DNA of 64,000 bases, taken from positions 9,920,001 through 9,984,000 of the forward strand of contig CM069140.1 of NCBI GenBank assembly GCA_035221665.1. Direction: 5' to 3'. The position numbers and the translations under genes are program-made. Shown here piece after piece: positions 1-14,400 of the stretch. This stretch comes from Okamejei kenojei. Lineage: Eukaryota. The notes beneath the pieces are model-generated. The model was not told the DNA's origin and ran no database searches. It saw only the letters and a program-made list of their open reading frames with translations. Each line of letters begins with the position of its first letter. Within the stretch, counting starts at the first letter, position 1.

Positions 1-1250
1 CTGCTTGGGTTTGAAACCCATGTTTTTAAACCATATTGGTCTTGCCAACTAGTTCCTATCCGGGCCTCAATACAAGATACCAAACACACAAAACTTCTGA
101 GGCAAGATCTTTACAACTTTGAAAAGTTCCACATCCTAAGAATATTAAGCTGAAGAACGAGTTAGAGATTGTTCAATAGTACATAATCCTCATAGATAAT
201 ATTGCAAGAGGGTGCAACCGTAGACACTAAAAGCTGGAGTAACTATGCGGGTCAGACGGCATCTCTGACCCGCATAGGAATGGGTGACATTGCGGGTCGA
301 GACCCTTCTTCACTGAAGTGCCTGATCACAGTTATCAGGGTGGGCACTTCACAGCAGTAGAGATTTAATTGCGGCTTCCTTGAGTTCATAATCAAGGGCC
401 AAGTGGGGAGGGCAATGTACTGGGACATTTGTAAGGGAGCATCATCAGCAAGGGCAATCAAGGGTTAAGATTATCTATGGAGTTCTGCTGCGTACAAAAG
501 CTGAAGTCAGCAAGGCTGCACAGCCAGCATGAGCAGTTCAACTCTGAGATAAGAGACAATGCGCCACTGTGCTATCTGCCTACTTGGTTCTCCATTAAGG
601 GCCAAGATTGCACCAGCAGTAATAACTTAGGCGGTTGGAGGGATTATCATGACACGTTATGGGTGTCATTGGAGATTAACAGAGACATCTCCAATGGCAC
701 CCCTAGGCAGATAGAGAATATGGCTATTGTCATGGTAACCAAGATTAGGCTAATTAGTGATTAGGCCTGGCCAACACAACCCAACAGATCCAGATGAAGG
801 AATAAGGTCACCCGCATAAATTCACGCCGAGGGATAGTCCTGGAAGAATCAGTCAATCACATACTATCCTGGATAAGATTTAGCGTTGAGTGGTAAGCAA
901 ACTTTAACAGGAGTGAATTGCCTCATCTTTGTCCCAAGCATGTATGTCATAAAATAACAATTTTATTTCTATACAAAGGAAAATGGGACTGCAGAAAAGG
1001 TTAAGAAGGCTGGGCCATTTCCTCCATGCATGCAATATTGATCACTCAGTAAAGACCTTTCATTGGTACAGTGACAATGTATATTCCTGTTTAAATCTCC
1101 CACAAGATGCATTTGATTTCCAGTCAATTGTTTACCATATGCATTAAAGGAAGTGTCACAAACAAGATACCATATCCAAAGATCCTAAGAAATGAAATAT
1201 ATTATTTTGCATGAAATATATCAATCCTAATAACAGCATTTTAATTCCAT

Positions 1251-1377
1251 TCTGAAGAAGGGTCTCGACCCGAAACGTCGCCTATCTCCTTCGCTCCTTA
1301 GATGCTGCTGCACCCGCTGAGTTTCTCCAGCTTTTTGTGTACCCTCGATTCTCCACATCTGCAGTTCCTTCTTTAAA
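1251..1377 (+). mobile_element. Solo hammerhead/pLTR cassette with 19-bp target-site duplication
   Basis: Starts tCTGAAGAAGGGTCTCGACCCGAAACGTC; flanked by aacagcattttaattccat at 1232-1250 and 1378-1396. Confidence 0.85.
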
Positions 1378-1408
1378 AACAGCATTTTAATTCCATATTT
1401 GTTCTCAC

Positions 1409-1497
1409 CTCATAACAGGCACTATTCCCAAGTGTCAATTGGTCCCGACAAACTGGTTCTACAAATTCTGTGACGTTGTCCGGCATTTGGGGAGCAA
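1409..1497 (-). other. Candidate exon (alternative or cassette) inside the SUCO-like gene
   Basis: caaatag|...TATGAG|gtgaga; one open frame (V)APQMPDNVTEFVEPVCRDQLTLGNSACYE; the exon also ends in ATG AG|gt (phase 2). Confidence 0.3.
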
Positions 1498-4133
1498 CTA
1501 TTTGGCAAATTATAACTCATTTGCTAAGAGTGCATCAACCAAACACTATTTATTTCCAAATATTTTATCATCTAACAAGAGTTCTGGGGTTAAGTCATAG
1601 GGGTTATGCAAGCAAATGATTTTCCAAAAATTCATTTGGAAAATCAAAAATCAATCCCCAAAAAAACATGGTGAAGAAAATAATCTTTGCTTCCCATGTT
1701 TTGTGAAAGCATTTCACTGTAATGCAATTAAATAGGATATTCTAGAAAAATTACATTTTAACGGCAGCCCCTGGGGCAACTGTCAAAGATAATATCCTGT
1801 CCAGATCCACAAGACTGTCACTGAACAGTACAGATGCCTTCTGGGCTTTTCACATGCATGGATTAATATAGAATGCACTCAACCAGTTTGCAAGCGTTCT
1901 TCTGTTCAGCAATAACGAAGAGTAGCGTTAAGAATAGGAATTAAGGGGGCCACTCTAATCTCCTTCATACATTTAATATTGTGGCTGCAATGAGTTTAAT
2001 ACAAAACTTGACACCTCATAATATGACACCATTCCTACCAGAAATACCGCCACCATCCTCAATAAGAGCAGCAATTCAGCAGTTCCAGGAGGAAAGAGAA
2101 GTTACCAGTAAAGCTAGGGCCCATAGAGGTAACATTAATTATGTGTACATAAATTCCCATGTAGCCTAGTCAAACTCAATTATTAATTTGTAATCATGTA
2201 ACCAACAGCAAATATCAAAATGTACTGAAAAATCTAATAAAGAACACAGCCAGCTTTCTTCTAACATAATACGTCACTTCAGCAGCCAGCACTAAGGAAG
2301 CATTCGCGGAGAAACACATGCTGGTGCCACGCTTTTGGCTGCAACGTGGACATTTAAAAATATTTAAAAAAAGCACTAATACTTATTTCTTCTGACTAGA
2401 AGTTTACAAGGACTGTCAATTTGCATACACAAGCAGTAAAACTTCAGAAAATGCCACTTAAAGTTACATCGAAAATCAAATGCAGAATATATTCCCAAAT
2501 GACACAGAATAGTGCTCCCTTTATAAAACAAACCACCTGACCAACTATCTGCAATGTCGCAGGAGATCAAGTCAAATAAATAATAAAAACCAGGCTGTCT
2601 CTGACATACACCTCTGTACCATTCATTTATTCCAATCTTTAGGCTTCTCAGAAGGAAGAAATTATTCCCAACAGGCAACAAACAGCTCGACTGTCCGAAG
2701 GGAGTGTATAAAAGGTGAGTTAGTCACTAGAGGGGTTATTTGCTGGGAACAACCCGGGGTTGTTCCCGGGTTGTAACTGCAAAATTAGACGTTCATTTTT
2801 TCTCCAAAAATGAACAGCCCGCAGTCCGAAAATACTAACTGCATGTGAGCTGAAGGGCCATGCCACAATATTCAATCCCTTTAGTTTGTCTTTACATTTC
2901 AATAGAACCAAACAATTTTGTTACTAATTCTTCCAATTATTATTGATTATTTGCATTGCATTTTAAATATATCAAGTGTTTTTTTTTAAAAACTAGGTAG
3001 ACACAAAATGCTGGAGTGACTCAGTGGGACCAGCGGAATCTCTGGAGAGAAGGAATGGGTGACCTTTCGGGTCGAGACTCTTCTTCACATCGGTAAACCA
3101 GTATTTTAAAAAAAAAAAAAAAAATCTGTGAATTCACATTTAAAATATCAACTGCAAGGAACAGGATTTGTTATTCAGCAAAATAATTGCACTTTGGTTT
3201 TTTGACGACATAATTCATGCCATTGTCTCTGGAACAAGGGCTAAACAAAGCAGTGTTGTAAAAATGAAAAGGCCCCCTCACCATCTCCACAGTGAAAAGA
3301 AATCTTTGCAGCCATACACTAAAGGATGTTTTCGCTGGATTAACAAATTCCAACTAACATGACAGAAATAAGTCACATCTTAAAGTCACTCATCACTATT
3401 CAGACAAACTTAATATTTAATATTGTTTCAGCAGTTTTACTGAAAGTATCTTGTTTACATGGAGAAGGCAAAAAAAAGGAATTGTGTACCGCATGTGCTC
3501 TACCCAGTGCCACAGTTTATAATTATTAAACCCAAGGTGTACAAGAGCTAATTCACAGTAGAAAACAACTAGCTATGCAAAAAATTAAAATTCAAAACAA
3601 GTTAAGGCAAATCAACCTATTTGGGTCCAGGCACATTCAGTACCCAGCCCTGGGGAGTCAAATCCTTACAAAATAGTGACAATGGTCCCAGAAACAGTAT
3701 GAAATTTGAAGGTTCAATTGCTTCCAAACTTAACTTTTACTTTGAATAAATTATAATTTACAAGATAGCAAAATGTCAGGAAAAACACAATGAGGCTCAG
3801 ACATCAATATTGGCAAAAAGGCCGGGCAGAGCATTTCCTCAATTTTATTCACCACCAAGACTAATTGTGCACACAACTCCAAGTACCACAATTTATAATT
3901 GTTAATACATGGGTGCACCACAGAAAATTACATCATCAAATGTTGATGAAGAAATAGACAGGGGCACCAAACAGAAGGCATGCATTACCCAACACTGGTA
4001 CATCTTGGGAATTAGCAACTACAGCTTACTTCCGAATTTGGTGACACCCCAGAATTCGGTGTTTAACTGTCCATGACATGGAGCTTGAATGCTTGCTGTT
4101 CATATTGATGATAATCTTACAATTAAAAAAATT

Positions 4134-4608
4134 GCGCAGGAAAGAACTGCAGATGCTGGTTTAAATCGAACGTAGACACAAACTGCTGGAGTAACAGGCA
4201 GCATCTCTGGAGAGAAGGAATGGGTGACGTTTCGGGTCGAGACCCTTCTTCAGAGGAGTGAGCGGGATAGAGATAGAATGTAGTCAGAGACAGTAAGACC
4301 GGTGGGAGAACTGGAAAGGGGGAGGGGATGGAGAGAGAAGGAAAGCAAGGACTATTTGAAGTTAGAGAAGTCAATGTTCATACCGCTGGGGTGTAAGCTA
4401 CCCCAAGCGAAATATGAGGTGCTGTTCCTCCAATTTGCACTGGGCCTCACTCCGACAATGGAGGCGGCCCAGGACAGAAAGGTCAGATTGGGAATGGGAG
4501 GGGGAGTTAAAGTGCTGGGCAACCAGGAGATCATGTAGGTTAAGGCGGACTGAGCTGCGGTGTTCAGCGAAACGATCGCCGAGCCTGCATCTGGTCTCGC
4601 CGATGTAC
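4134..4608 (-). mobile_element. Penelope-like 3' fragment (GIY-YIG end plus pLTR with intact hammerhead core at 4226-4253)
   Basis: Minus-strand ...SLHPSGMNIDFSNFK*; gacgtttcgggtcgagacccttcttcag. Confidence 0.85.
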
Positions 4609-6209
4609 AGGAAATAAAAAGTGCGCAGTGTTTACTGGCATCAGAACATTAATTATAAGAATGAATCCACATTGTGTACTGTTAAAAAGTAATTACTGGC
4701 AATCTGTCCTGACCCACTAGACACTTCATTACAGCTAAAAAACGCAGACTAACGGCTTAACCAATTTTCAGGCACGACAACTGTGAATCAAGATAGCACA
4801 ATGCTTTACTGTGTAGAACATGTGGAGTCTCTCTCCGCAGATCTAGGTAGTTTTAAGGCAAATGCAGGACGAGTTATTTTTCCTATTAATTAAAGGAGAA
4901 ACAATTGCAGAAACATAATTTAAGAATTATAACATAAATACCAAAAACAATTGAAAAATAATGGGGGCACATCAAATTAATATAGACATGAATTTGCTGC
5001 ATTTCAGTGAATCGTGAAGTAATTTAAGTTTTCCAACAATGATGGATTTGATAAAGCAAGGCAAAAGCAAATAAGGATACAAAGCTGCACAGTTTACACA
5101 AACTAAGCTGCATTCAGTATTTGAACTTGGAACATCGAGCATTCAACACAGGAACAAGGCCGTAGGCCCACAATGTCCACGACGAACATGATGCCAAGTT
5201 AAAGCCATCTCCTCTGCCTACACGTGATCCATATGCCTCCATACCCTGCATATGCAAGGGCCAATCTAGAATCCTCTTACATGCCATTATCCAATCTGCC
5301 TCCTGCACCATCCCTACATCGTATTCCAGGAACCCACCAAAAAGTTCCGACTGTCTGTTCTATCTATGCCTTAGATATTTTTTTACATTCTATCACGTCT
5401 CAACCACCAACGCTCAAGATTCAAAAGAGTTTATTCTCAGGTGTTCCAGATAAGACAATGAAATTCAAGCTTTGCTTCAGCACAACAGAATATAGTAGGC
5501 ATGAATACAGAACAGATCAGTGTTTCCAAGTTTGTCTAAACTCTCCTTGTAGCTAAAACCCTCTAATCCAGGCAGCATTCAGGTAAACCTCTCATGCACA
5601 CTCTCCAAAGCCTCATTCTTCCTGCAAAGGGGTGACCAACACTGCACACAATAACCCAAATGCTGCCTAACCAATGTTTGCACAACATAATAAAACTCGG
5701 GCCACAATACATGGATGTGTAAAGAAACACACCAGAGGCCTTAAAATGTTCAAATCCCTCTGAACATAATCATCTCAAATCCCAGGAGATGGCAGTTTCT
5801 ACAACTGGTAAACAAGTACTGCAATTGGAGCACCATTGTATATTTATAAAACTTACTTCACATTTCTCAAATGATGTTCAAGCAAGTGGGAAATATTGAA
5901 ATAATCCATACTTGGGAATTTTTTCATGTTTACAGTTGCCAAGTGCACAATAACCATAAGAAAATGTTAATACATGCACATTTGTCTTTAAATTTAAAAC
6001 CGTATGGCGTATCACAAACTTCAGGGATGGGATTTCCAGATTTTATATTAAATGCACAAATTTTCAATGAACGGGAATTTTATCTTCCGCACTAAAAATA
6101 TTTCCATTCATGTCCACTAAGGAAGCTGCAAATCAATTTAAATGTAAAATGTATGCCCTACATCTGCTTGCATCTTAGGAATCTGCAGATGCATTCTGCC
6201 TCCAGCTAT

Positions 6210-6416
6210 GTGTAGGAAAGAACTGCAGATGCTGGTTTAAACCGAAGATAGACACAAAAAGCTGGAGTAACTCTGCGGGACAGGCAGCAGACCCTTCTTC
6301 AGACTGCAGACATTGGGGAGGCTGAAGAAGGGTCTCGACCCAAAGCGTCACCCATTCATTTTCTCCAGAGATGCTGCCTGTCCCGCTGAGTTACTCCAGC
6401 TTTTTGTGTCTATCTT
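6210..6416. mobile_element. Inverted pair of pLTR/hammerhead cassettes
   Basis: aagatagacacaaaaagctggagtaactc...gagttactccagctttttgtgtctatctt fold-back; cores on both strands. Confidence 0.8.
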
Positions 6417-7409
6417 AGAAATGCACATCAAACTGCTTTAGATCAAATCATAAAACAAATCAAATTGAAGAGCAAGTAGCAATGGAGAAGCTACATACTA
6501 GCAGGAAAAAGCAGAATAGGTTAAATGAAGTAGAGTGGGCTGCAGTTAATAAAGATCAGTGTGCTGTCAAATTTGATTTAATTGAAGAGACACTTTAAAT
6601 AACCTTGTTCATTTATTATCCATTGTTGTAAAAAAAAATAAACACAATGACCCAGAAATGGACAGATGGAATCTCATGCTTCCTGCATGGAGCAGACACA
6701 CATCAGTAAATCAATACAACTTGCAAAAGGATCTGTAACAGTGTCAACAACTTCACTAAAACATGATCTCACTATCGACATCTTCACCATTTCAATTAAT
6801 AACAGAATAGACAACATTAATATAAACTAAACTCCTCCCTTGGTTCTATTCTGTTAATTCGAGGATATCTTTAAGTGACAAAACACATGCACCTGCAACA
6901 TCACTCAGTCTCATGGGTCCATGATGGGAAGTATTAAAACTAGAGCCTCACCTGCAAATAGCAAATTGCTCCAAGGAGACCAATTCTTTCTCCATCCCCC
7001 AACCCTTAGTTTTTTCCTGTGTGTCCATTTTCTATCCATCTCTAATTTAGATTTAATTAACTATTCCCACCATAATCATTAGCAGATCCTACTCACTATT
7101 TAAACCACACTAGTTGAGATACATGTACCATTGATCCTGTATTTCACCAAAGGTTCCAGAGGTCCACAAAATTAAATTGAGACCAAAAAAATAATAATTT
7201 ACACTGCAAATCTCTTTAAGCCAAAAGAGAAGATTAAACAAATCCAATTCTGAGCTTGTACCAGCAAAATGTGGTCCATTATCATAAATGTAATCATCAT
7301 ATTGATAGATTTCTACTGCTTTCATTTTGTTTCCGTCAGCAGGAATCAGTACAGAACTAAATGCTCACAGTATGTGGACGGGAGAAGGTACAGTTAATAA
7401 TCGGGAAAC

Positions 7410-8160
7410 AAAAGAGACTGCAGATGCTGGAATCTGGAGTTAAAAAGCAGATACTGGAAGAATTCAGCAGGTTAAGCAATTGTAGGAGGTGGGGATGGGG
7501 TGGGGGGGGGGGGAAAAGGAGGAGAAATTGGTGACTTTTTGAGTCTAGACTCTGCATTAGGACAGAGTGGAGAAGAAATAGAGCATTAAAAAAGGAGCGG
7601 GATAAAGAGTCGAGGGACAAGCCGGTAGACAATACGTGGACAGAGGGGCAGGTGATCATGGGCAGAAGGAACAAAGTGGGGGAGCATGAGGGTTGGAGTG
7701 GAGAGGCCTGAAGGTGATAGGTGGAAGCAGACAATAAAAAAAGGCAAATGTGGAGAAGGGTGAAGATGGAGACAGGGGCTCAAGGGTGATAAGCAGAGAC
7801 ATAATGGCAGTAAGTACTGGAATTTGCAAGGAAGGTGACAATGGGAACAATAAAGACAGAGGTGAAAGGCAGCTGCAACCACATAGAGAGTGGATCCAAT
7901 GGGTGAGGTGCATATATAGTCGGTAAATGAAACCAAGAGGGAGACAAACATGCGATGAGGCTGGAGGAAGGGCATTAGAAAGGGAACAGAGTTGAATCAG
8001 CAGGACAGAGACAGGGGAAAACACAAGAGATAATGGTTACCTGAAATTAGAAAAATCCAAGTTCATACCATTGGGTTGCAGACTACCCAGGTGGCTTTTG
8101 AGGCGTGTGATTGCATTGGCTTCACTCTGGTAGTGGAGAAAGCACTGGTTTGTTTTGTTT
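7410..8160 (-). mobile_element. Older Penelope-like 3' fragment
   Basis: LGSLQPNGMNLDFSNFR* at 8037-8090, pyrimidine-rich tail, degenerate pLTR. Confidence 0.65.
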
Positions 8161-10977
8161 AGCCAAGGATAGTTTGATGTGAAAATGGGATGGGAAATCA
8201 AAAAGGATCCCTTGCCAAGTGGCCTTTGTACCCAGAGTGCAGGTGCGTGGCACAGTGGCAACTCGTCTACACAAGCCCGTCTGACTCTGTAAAATTATAA
8301 TGACACACTTGGAGTATTGCACACAATCACAAGGAGGATTACAGGAAGGATGCAGTGGCTTTGGTGAAGAGGCAGAAAAGGCTCACCAGGATGTTACCTG
8401 GTTTAGAGGGAACTAGCGCCAAAGAGAGTTTAGATTGTTTTCTCTGGAGCATCATAGATAGAGGAGCAACCAGATGGAAGTTAATTAAATAGGTAGGTAG
8501 ACAGCGTATTTTTCCCAGCACGGAAATGTAAAATACAAGAGGGTATTGGTAGAAGCAGATACAACAGCAATGTTTAAGAAGCATTTAAACAGGCACATGA
8601 TCAAGCAGGGATGGAAGACTATTGACCACAGATGGTATTATTAGGCAGATAGGATTAATTCAATTGGCATCGTAGTCAGCATTAACCTTGTACAAAGGCC
8701 AAATGGCCAGTTCCAGTGCTGTAATTTTCCATATTAAGATTTAACAAGCTACAAAGTGAGTACCTTAGATTGTTCTTCAACATACACAGGTATCTAAACC
8801 TTAGTGCTGGCATGTTTGAGCATTTAAAATGTTCCCATTAGTTTAATCTATACCTGGCACATTCTTTAAAAGTGTGTTTAGTTCTTCTATGCCTTAATTG
8901 CCACAGAAATTGAGTGATTATTCCTTACTTTTCCTACAATAAAACTGGCAAAATCCCCAATAAGTGTAGTTGACTTAAAAACCTAGATATTTTATTCATT
9001 TTGGACCATTTATCAAGTGCTGCCTGTCCCGCTGGGTTTGGAGTAACAGGCAGCACTTGATAAATGTTGGTGTCTATCTTATTTACAACCTTTATTGTTT
9101 GTTTTGAAAGTATCTGATATTTAAATGTTTAAATATGTTTAAAAGTAGGTGATATTTAAACAGTTTTAATGTTATTGGATAAAATAACGGGCTATAGTAG
9201 CAGCAAATTGCACAAGATAATTTAAAATTGCTCTCTATTCATAGAACGACAACTGCTATGGTTTGGAATCCTCAAGGAGATGATCAAGCGACCACATACC
9301 TACAACAGGGAGAGACATGGTGGACAATCAGCCTCCTTCTAAGCCACAAACCTCTAGAATTGAGTGTCATTGAGCTTTGCAGGCAGTTCCAACCAAAACT
9401 TCTGGAAATCAACCATTTTAAATACTTGGTCTGAAAAGTGCTTGCAAACTTAGAAAACTTCACTAACCTAATGAATGGCAGTTAGTGATTTTGACAGTCT
9501 TACTGAGGTTCTACCAATATTATACCAAGAGGCGGCGAGGTGGACCAACAGTTCTGCATCGTGCACCATCAGACATTAATTCTGACGCATGGATTCTGAG
9601 GCAAAGGAGTCAGTCGCAAAGTTTTGTTTAGATTTGCCTCAGATCAATGCCTTGAACTACATGCTTTACAACGGTTTGCCTTAATAATACTTTGTAAACA
9701 ATTATTTATAGACTTCACAGCTGGCAATGCTGCACCCCTGACTTTGCTGGCTGTGAAATCCTGTCAGGGCATTTGTCTTGCACAATCCAATCTTTACTCG
9801 TACCGTTCTGCGAGACTTTAAATGCAGAAGGCACATTAGGCAGGTTAGATGGCAGATGGTGAACGACTGCAAGCCACAGTCCTGGTTCAACACATTTCAT
9901 CCCTGATATCTTATCTTGCATTAATGAACTATAAACTTTCATTATCATCTCTAGAGCAATCAAGCATTCAACTTAAAAAAGTAATCATCATTGAGCTACA
10001 CCCTGGCCATATTTATCACTACTCTAACACAAATCTGGTCTTTTATTGGAAGCCAATACTTTACAAGGGTCTGAGTGAAGAGAGTGGAGGGGAATTGACT
10101 GGATAGCTCTACCAGGAAGGGCTACTGCGATCACAAATGATCAAATGGTTCTCTTGTTTACTGTTTCTATTCAACTCAAAAAAAAGTTTGGAGAAAGTTT
10201 TGGGGCGGCAGGGTGGCAGAGTTACTGCATCACAGCACCAGAGACTCTGGTTCAACCCAGACTATGGGTGCTGTCTGCACGGAGTTTTACGTTCATCCCG
10301 TGACCATGTGGGTTATCCTCGGTTGCTCTAGTTTCCTTCCACACTCCAAAAGGTGTAAACAATGGTAGGTTCATTGGCTTTGGAAATGATTGTAAATTGT
10401 CCCTAGTGTGGAGGATTGTGTTAGTGTACTAGGTGGCTGATACACCTTTTGCTGTTCTCAGGGTCTGGAGACCGACTCAGGGATACATTCATATCAACCA
10501 GTAAACCCCAGTTTAAAAAAAAAAGACTTCAATTCAAAAGGTAAAGAAGCCAAGAAACATTTGGGTACGAATCCAGTGAAGCGCAGAAAAATTATAACCA
10601 AATTATAACTCATGAACAGTTAAGATCACCCGATTATACGCACTGGATTTAATGTCTTGCTGCCAACAGTTGTTGCCACAGTCTTAACAGTTACAAACAC
10701 ATTTTGGCAGTTGGGGGAAGGAGAAGTTTCATGAAGAGTGGTGGTTTATCAATTGACCACTGGCCTGACGCTTAGCTCCACCAGTTATACAACTCCAGCA
10801 AATAAGGGGCTATCCTGTAGCATGCTATTCTTTTTCTATACAAGATGACGCCAAACGTGTATACTGCCTCAGTGTAATCTACTATACTCTATTAGATTGT
10901 GCCTAATGTATAGCAATATCATTGCGGAACTATATGCAAAATAAATTTGCTATACCTCAGTACGTGATAATAAAGCA

Positions 10978-11428
10978 CAGGTCCAACTGATTGTCCGGCA
11001 CACTTGGTTCCAGAGCCTTTCTGCATTACCCATTTTGCTGCACCAAGCAGAGGCCACAGCCTCCGAGAGGGGTCCAGCAGTACTGGAACTAGGCCGCCCT
11101 AGTTCCAGAGAGACCGACCGGCCTGCAAAGTTGGCTATAGGAGCAGATCAGCCAGTTCCAGCCAGGCCAGAGTTCCAGAGCCCCAGCCACAGGAAACAAA
11201 TGCAACCAGTCAATCAGCCGTAGAAGTAGGCTATGGGAATACATCTGCCAGCTCTGGCCAGGCCGGAATACCAGAGCCCCAGCCGAAGGGCCAAATGAAG
11301 CCCCGATTAGATTGAGATTAGTCGCCTCACCTGGCCTAGGGGGGAAATTTCAAGTGCGCTCTGATAATTTTGTGGGGATTAAAGGAGGTGCCAGACCACC
11401 AGTTGCCAGAAAATCAGTGATGGACCTG
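10978..11428. mobile_element. Tigger/pogo-like MITE
   Basis: Imperfect ~24-bp TIRs caggtcca..ctgatt.tc.ggca, right flank TA; internal tandem repeat units. Confidence 0.6.
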
Positions 11429-14400
11429 TACCACTGAACCACTATCTAGAAGTCAGGAGAGAGTTGGAATGTTCCGTCCACTTCCATGAACAATTACATT
11501 TTCAACCTTGGATTGTCATCTTATCTACTGCCCCAAAATTGACACTCTCCGAAACCACAACATTATTACTGTTTCTTTACAAGCCGCACAAGCAGGCAGC
11601 ACTGTGGCACAGTGGTAGAGTTGCTGCCTCACAGAGCCAGCCAGCCACCCTGGTTCAATCCTGACTATGTCTGTATGGATTTGTGCTTTCTCCGAGCGAT
11701 TGCGTGGGCGTTCTCCAGGAGCTCTGGTTTTCTTCCCACACTCCAAGACATACAGTTCTGTACGCTAATTGGCTGGGTAAAATTGTCCCTAGTGTGCAGG
11801 ATCATATTAGTGCACGGGGATCGTTGGTCAGCACAGACTCGGTGGGCCACACAGCATCTCTAAAGCAAACTCACCAATACATCATCAATAGCATCTGCCA
11901 AAGCCACCTGCCACCGAGAAAATCAAACAAAAACAGGCTAGTGGAAATCTTACAATCTCCAAGTGCCCCAAGGTACAGAACATCTCGATAATCTTTTTTA
12001 AACTATTTATTACCACTATGGTCTTGAATATCATTAACCACATGCATTCAAAATGCCTCACTATCAAATTAAGTGCAGTTATAAAGGCCACAGAATGCTG
12101 GCTCCTTCAGCAATTAAAATCTTACAAATTATTAATCAGCAAGGGACTCGAGTGTCACATAGATCATGGAAGATGGCAGAGTTCAGTCCAAATGTACACC
12201 AATTATAAAGCATGAAAATCTTGCACTATTTATAACAAACTAAAATAACAAGGTGTTATGACATATTGTAATGGCTTACCTGTAAGAAATCAGAAGATAC
12301 AATGCAATTTTAAATATCAAAACAAAAAAAACTAACATTCTCAATTTATTCCAGTTTAAATCTCTGCCAACCTTTATAATAGCAAGTGAAGATTGTAAAT
12401 TTAGTTTTGGATATGACTTTTTTTTACTGGGCCATTTAGAATCTCCACTGAGAAGTCTTAAAAACAACTGTGATTACTCATATCACAGGTAGACATAAAT
12501 TGCTGGAGTAACTCAGCAGGTCAGGCAACATTTCTGGAGAAAATGGAAGGGTGACATTTCAGGTCTAAATCTGAAAATCAATCTAAATCATCATGTATCC
12601 ATGTTCTCCAGAGACGCTGCATGATTGGCAGAGTTACTCCAGCATTTTGTGCCCATCTTTGATATAAACCAGCATCTGCCGTTTCTTTTTTATTACTCGT
12701 GCCACAGTTGGGCATTGGACACCGTGTTGCGGTTCTTTCCTTTCCGAGGAAAGTTTACATCATTTATACTTCTCTCTGCTTACCCTCACTAACATCTTTT
12801 GCTTTATTACTAGTTCTGTAAAGTATTATAAAAATGTCCAATCAGTCACAGAGAGAACACACAAACTCCACACAGGTAGCACAAGAGGTTAGCATTGAAT
12901 CAGGATCACTGGAAGCATGCGGCTGCAACTCAATTAGCTGCACCAAATGTCATGATGATGTGTGCAAATTTAAATAGACGGTTCAGTTCAAATCAGATAC
13001 AGAAAGATTTTAAAAAGGGGAAGAAAATTGAGGGAGAAAAATACACGTTAAAAACTTGGGACATAGAAACAATTATAATGGTGGATTTGCAGGATCCGAG
13101 TAATATATGCATCGTAGTACATAATCATGAGAAGGTTAAATTAAAATAACGTTGCAACTTCAGCAATTCAATGCGTTTCAAGATGGTCAGTGAGTTGAAA
13201 TATTCAGAAAACAAATGTGGAATGCTTCAATTATTCCAACAAACTCTGGAAGTTGCATTTATCCACACATTGCTCCCTTGTTTGTAGTTGTTCTCCCATT
13301 TGTACTTAATTGCATGGATCATTTGCCTCACTACCAATTCGGTAATTTAAAAAAATTGCTAAAATTTTAATTAGCTAAAATGTCAAATCACTCAATGACA
13401 AATACTCATATTGTATTAATAACATTCATCTCAAAGTCTTTCCGCTGACTGGTTAGCACGCAACAAAACCTCAATAAACTAAACTCAAACTACCTTACTA
13501 ACTTCTTTGCACCATAACCTTTGCATGCTAATTAACATTTATACATTTTCTTGAGAAATTTCCATGGCACTTTCTGAATTGCTGAAATACTAATTCACAT
13601 CTCAAATCAAAACTGCCATTGAGAATGGAGGCCTTCGTATTAAAATAGGACAATTAAAAATACCCTGTTGAGGTGTAAAAAGAATGAGGGTTGAAGAGTT
13701 GCAAACCTAACCACCTTCCAGATATTTAATCAAAAGATTAGTTTATGCACAGTTCTCTTGCTCTCTAATAGGAAATTCAAAACTATACAAACAATATTTT
13801 ACAACCGGTTCGATTCGACCAGCAATTTAAAGCTAACAGTGTGTAACACTTCTGCTAATGCAGGCCCAAAGGGCAATGCTTAAATAATGCAAGGCTCACT
13901 GTGCTTTGGAAAATTCAACAGCACTGGGCTGGGAAATTAAGCAGCTATTCAAGAGGAAAAAAGATATGAAGCCGATGGCCTTGCTCAACAATCGGTCACT
14001 TGTTTGATCTGGGCCACAAATGAGCTGACACTGCAGATGATACATGTCAGCCTGGAAAGAGTCAGAGGCAAGAAAGTTAAAGCTAGGTGACCTTGAACGC
14101 AATTGGCAATGTTGACACGACATTGATCAAGGATCCAAATGTTTTCTTTCTCAAGGAAAGTATGCAATCTACTTGCCTCATTCACCTCTCTTGGCTTCCA
14201 CATGATATAACAGCAGGAACGGACACTATTTTTAAGAGGCATACAATTCTCACAGCATATCTTTTTACCCACTTATCACACACTGGCATGCTATCACACA
14301 AGACACTATTTAAAAGTCATATTTGCAGTATATTCCACAGGAATTCGCTTTTGATAACCATATCAAGATTGCAGAAGGTTTCGACCCAAAACGTCACCCA

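Noticed and set aside
1409-1497. CRDQLTLGNSACYE resembling a C-type lectin/PKD1L2 N-terminus
   Set aside because: Match too short and no further lectin exons; not assigned
2745-2768. Palindrome gggaacaacccggggttgttccc
   Set aside because: Short and isolated; probably a repair or template-switch scar
7095-7360. Possible minus-strand exons (SVLIPADGNKMKAVEIYQYDD...)
   Set aside because: Weak splice sites, inconsistent phases, no similarity to the expected SUCO exon 2
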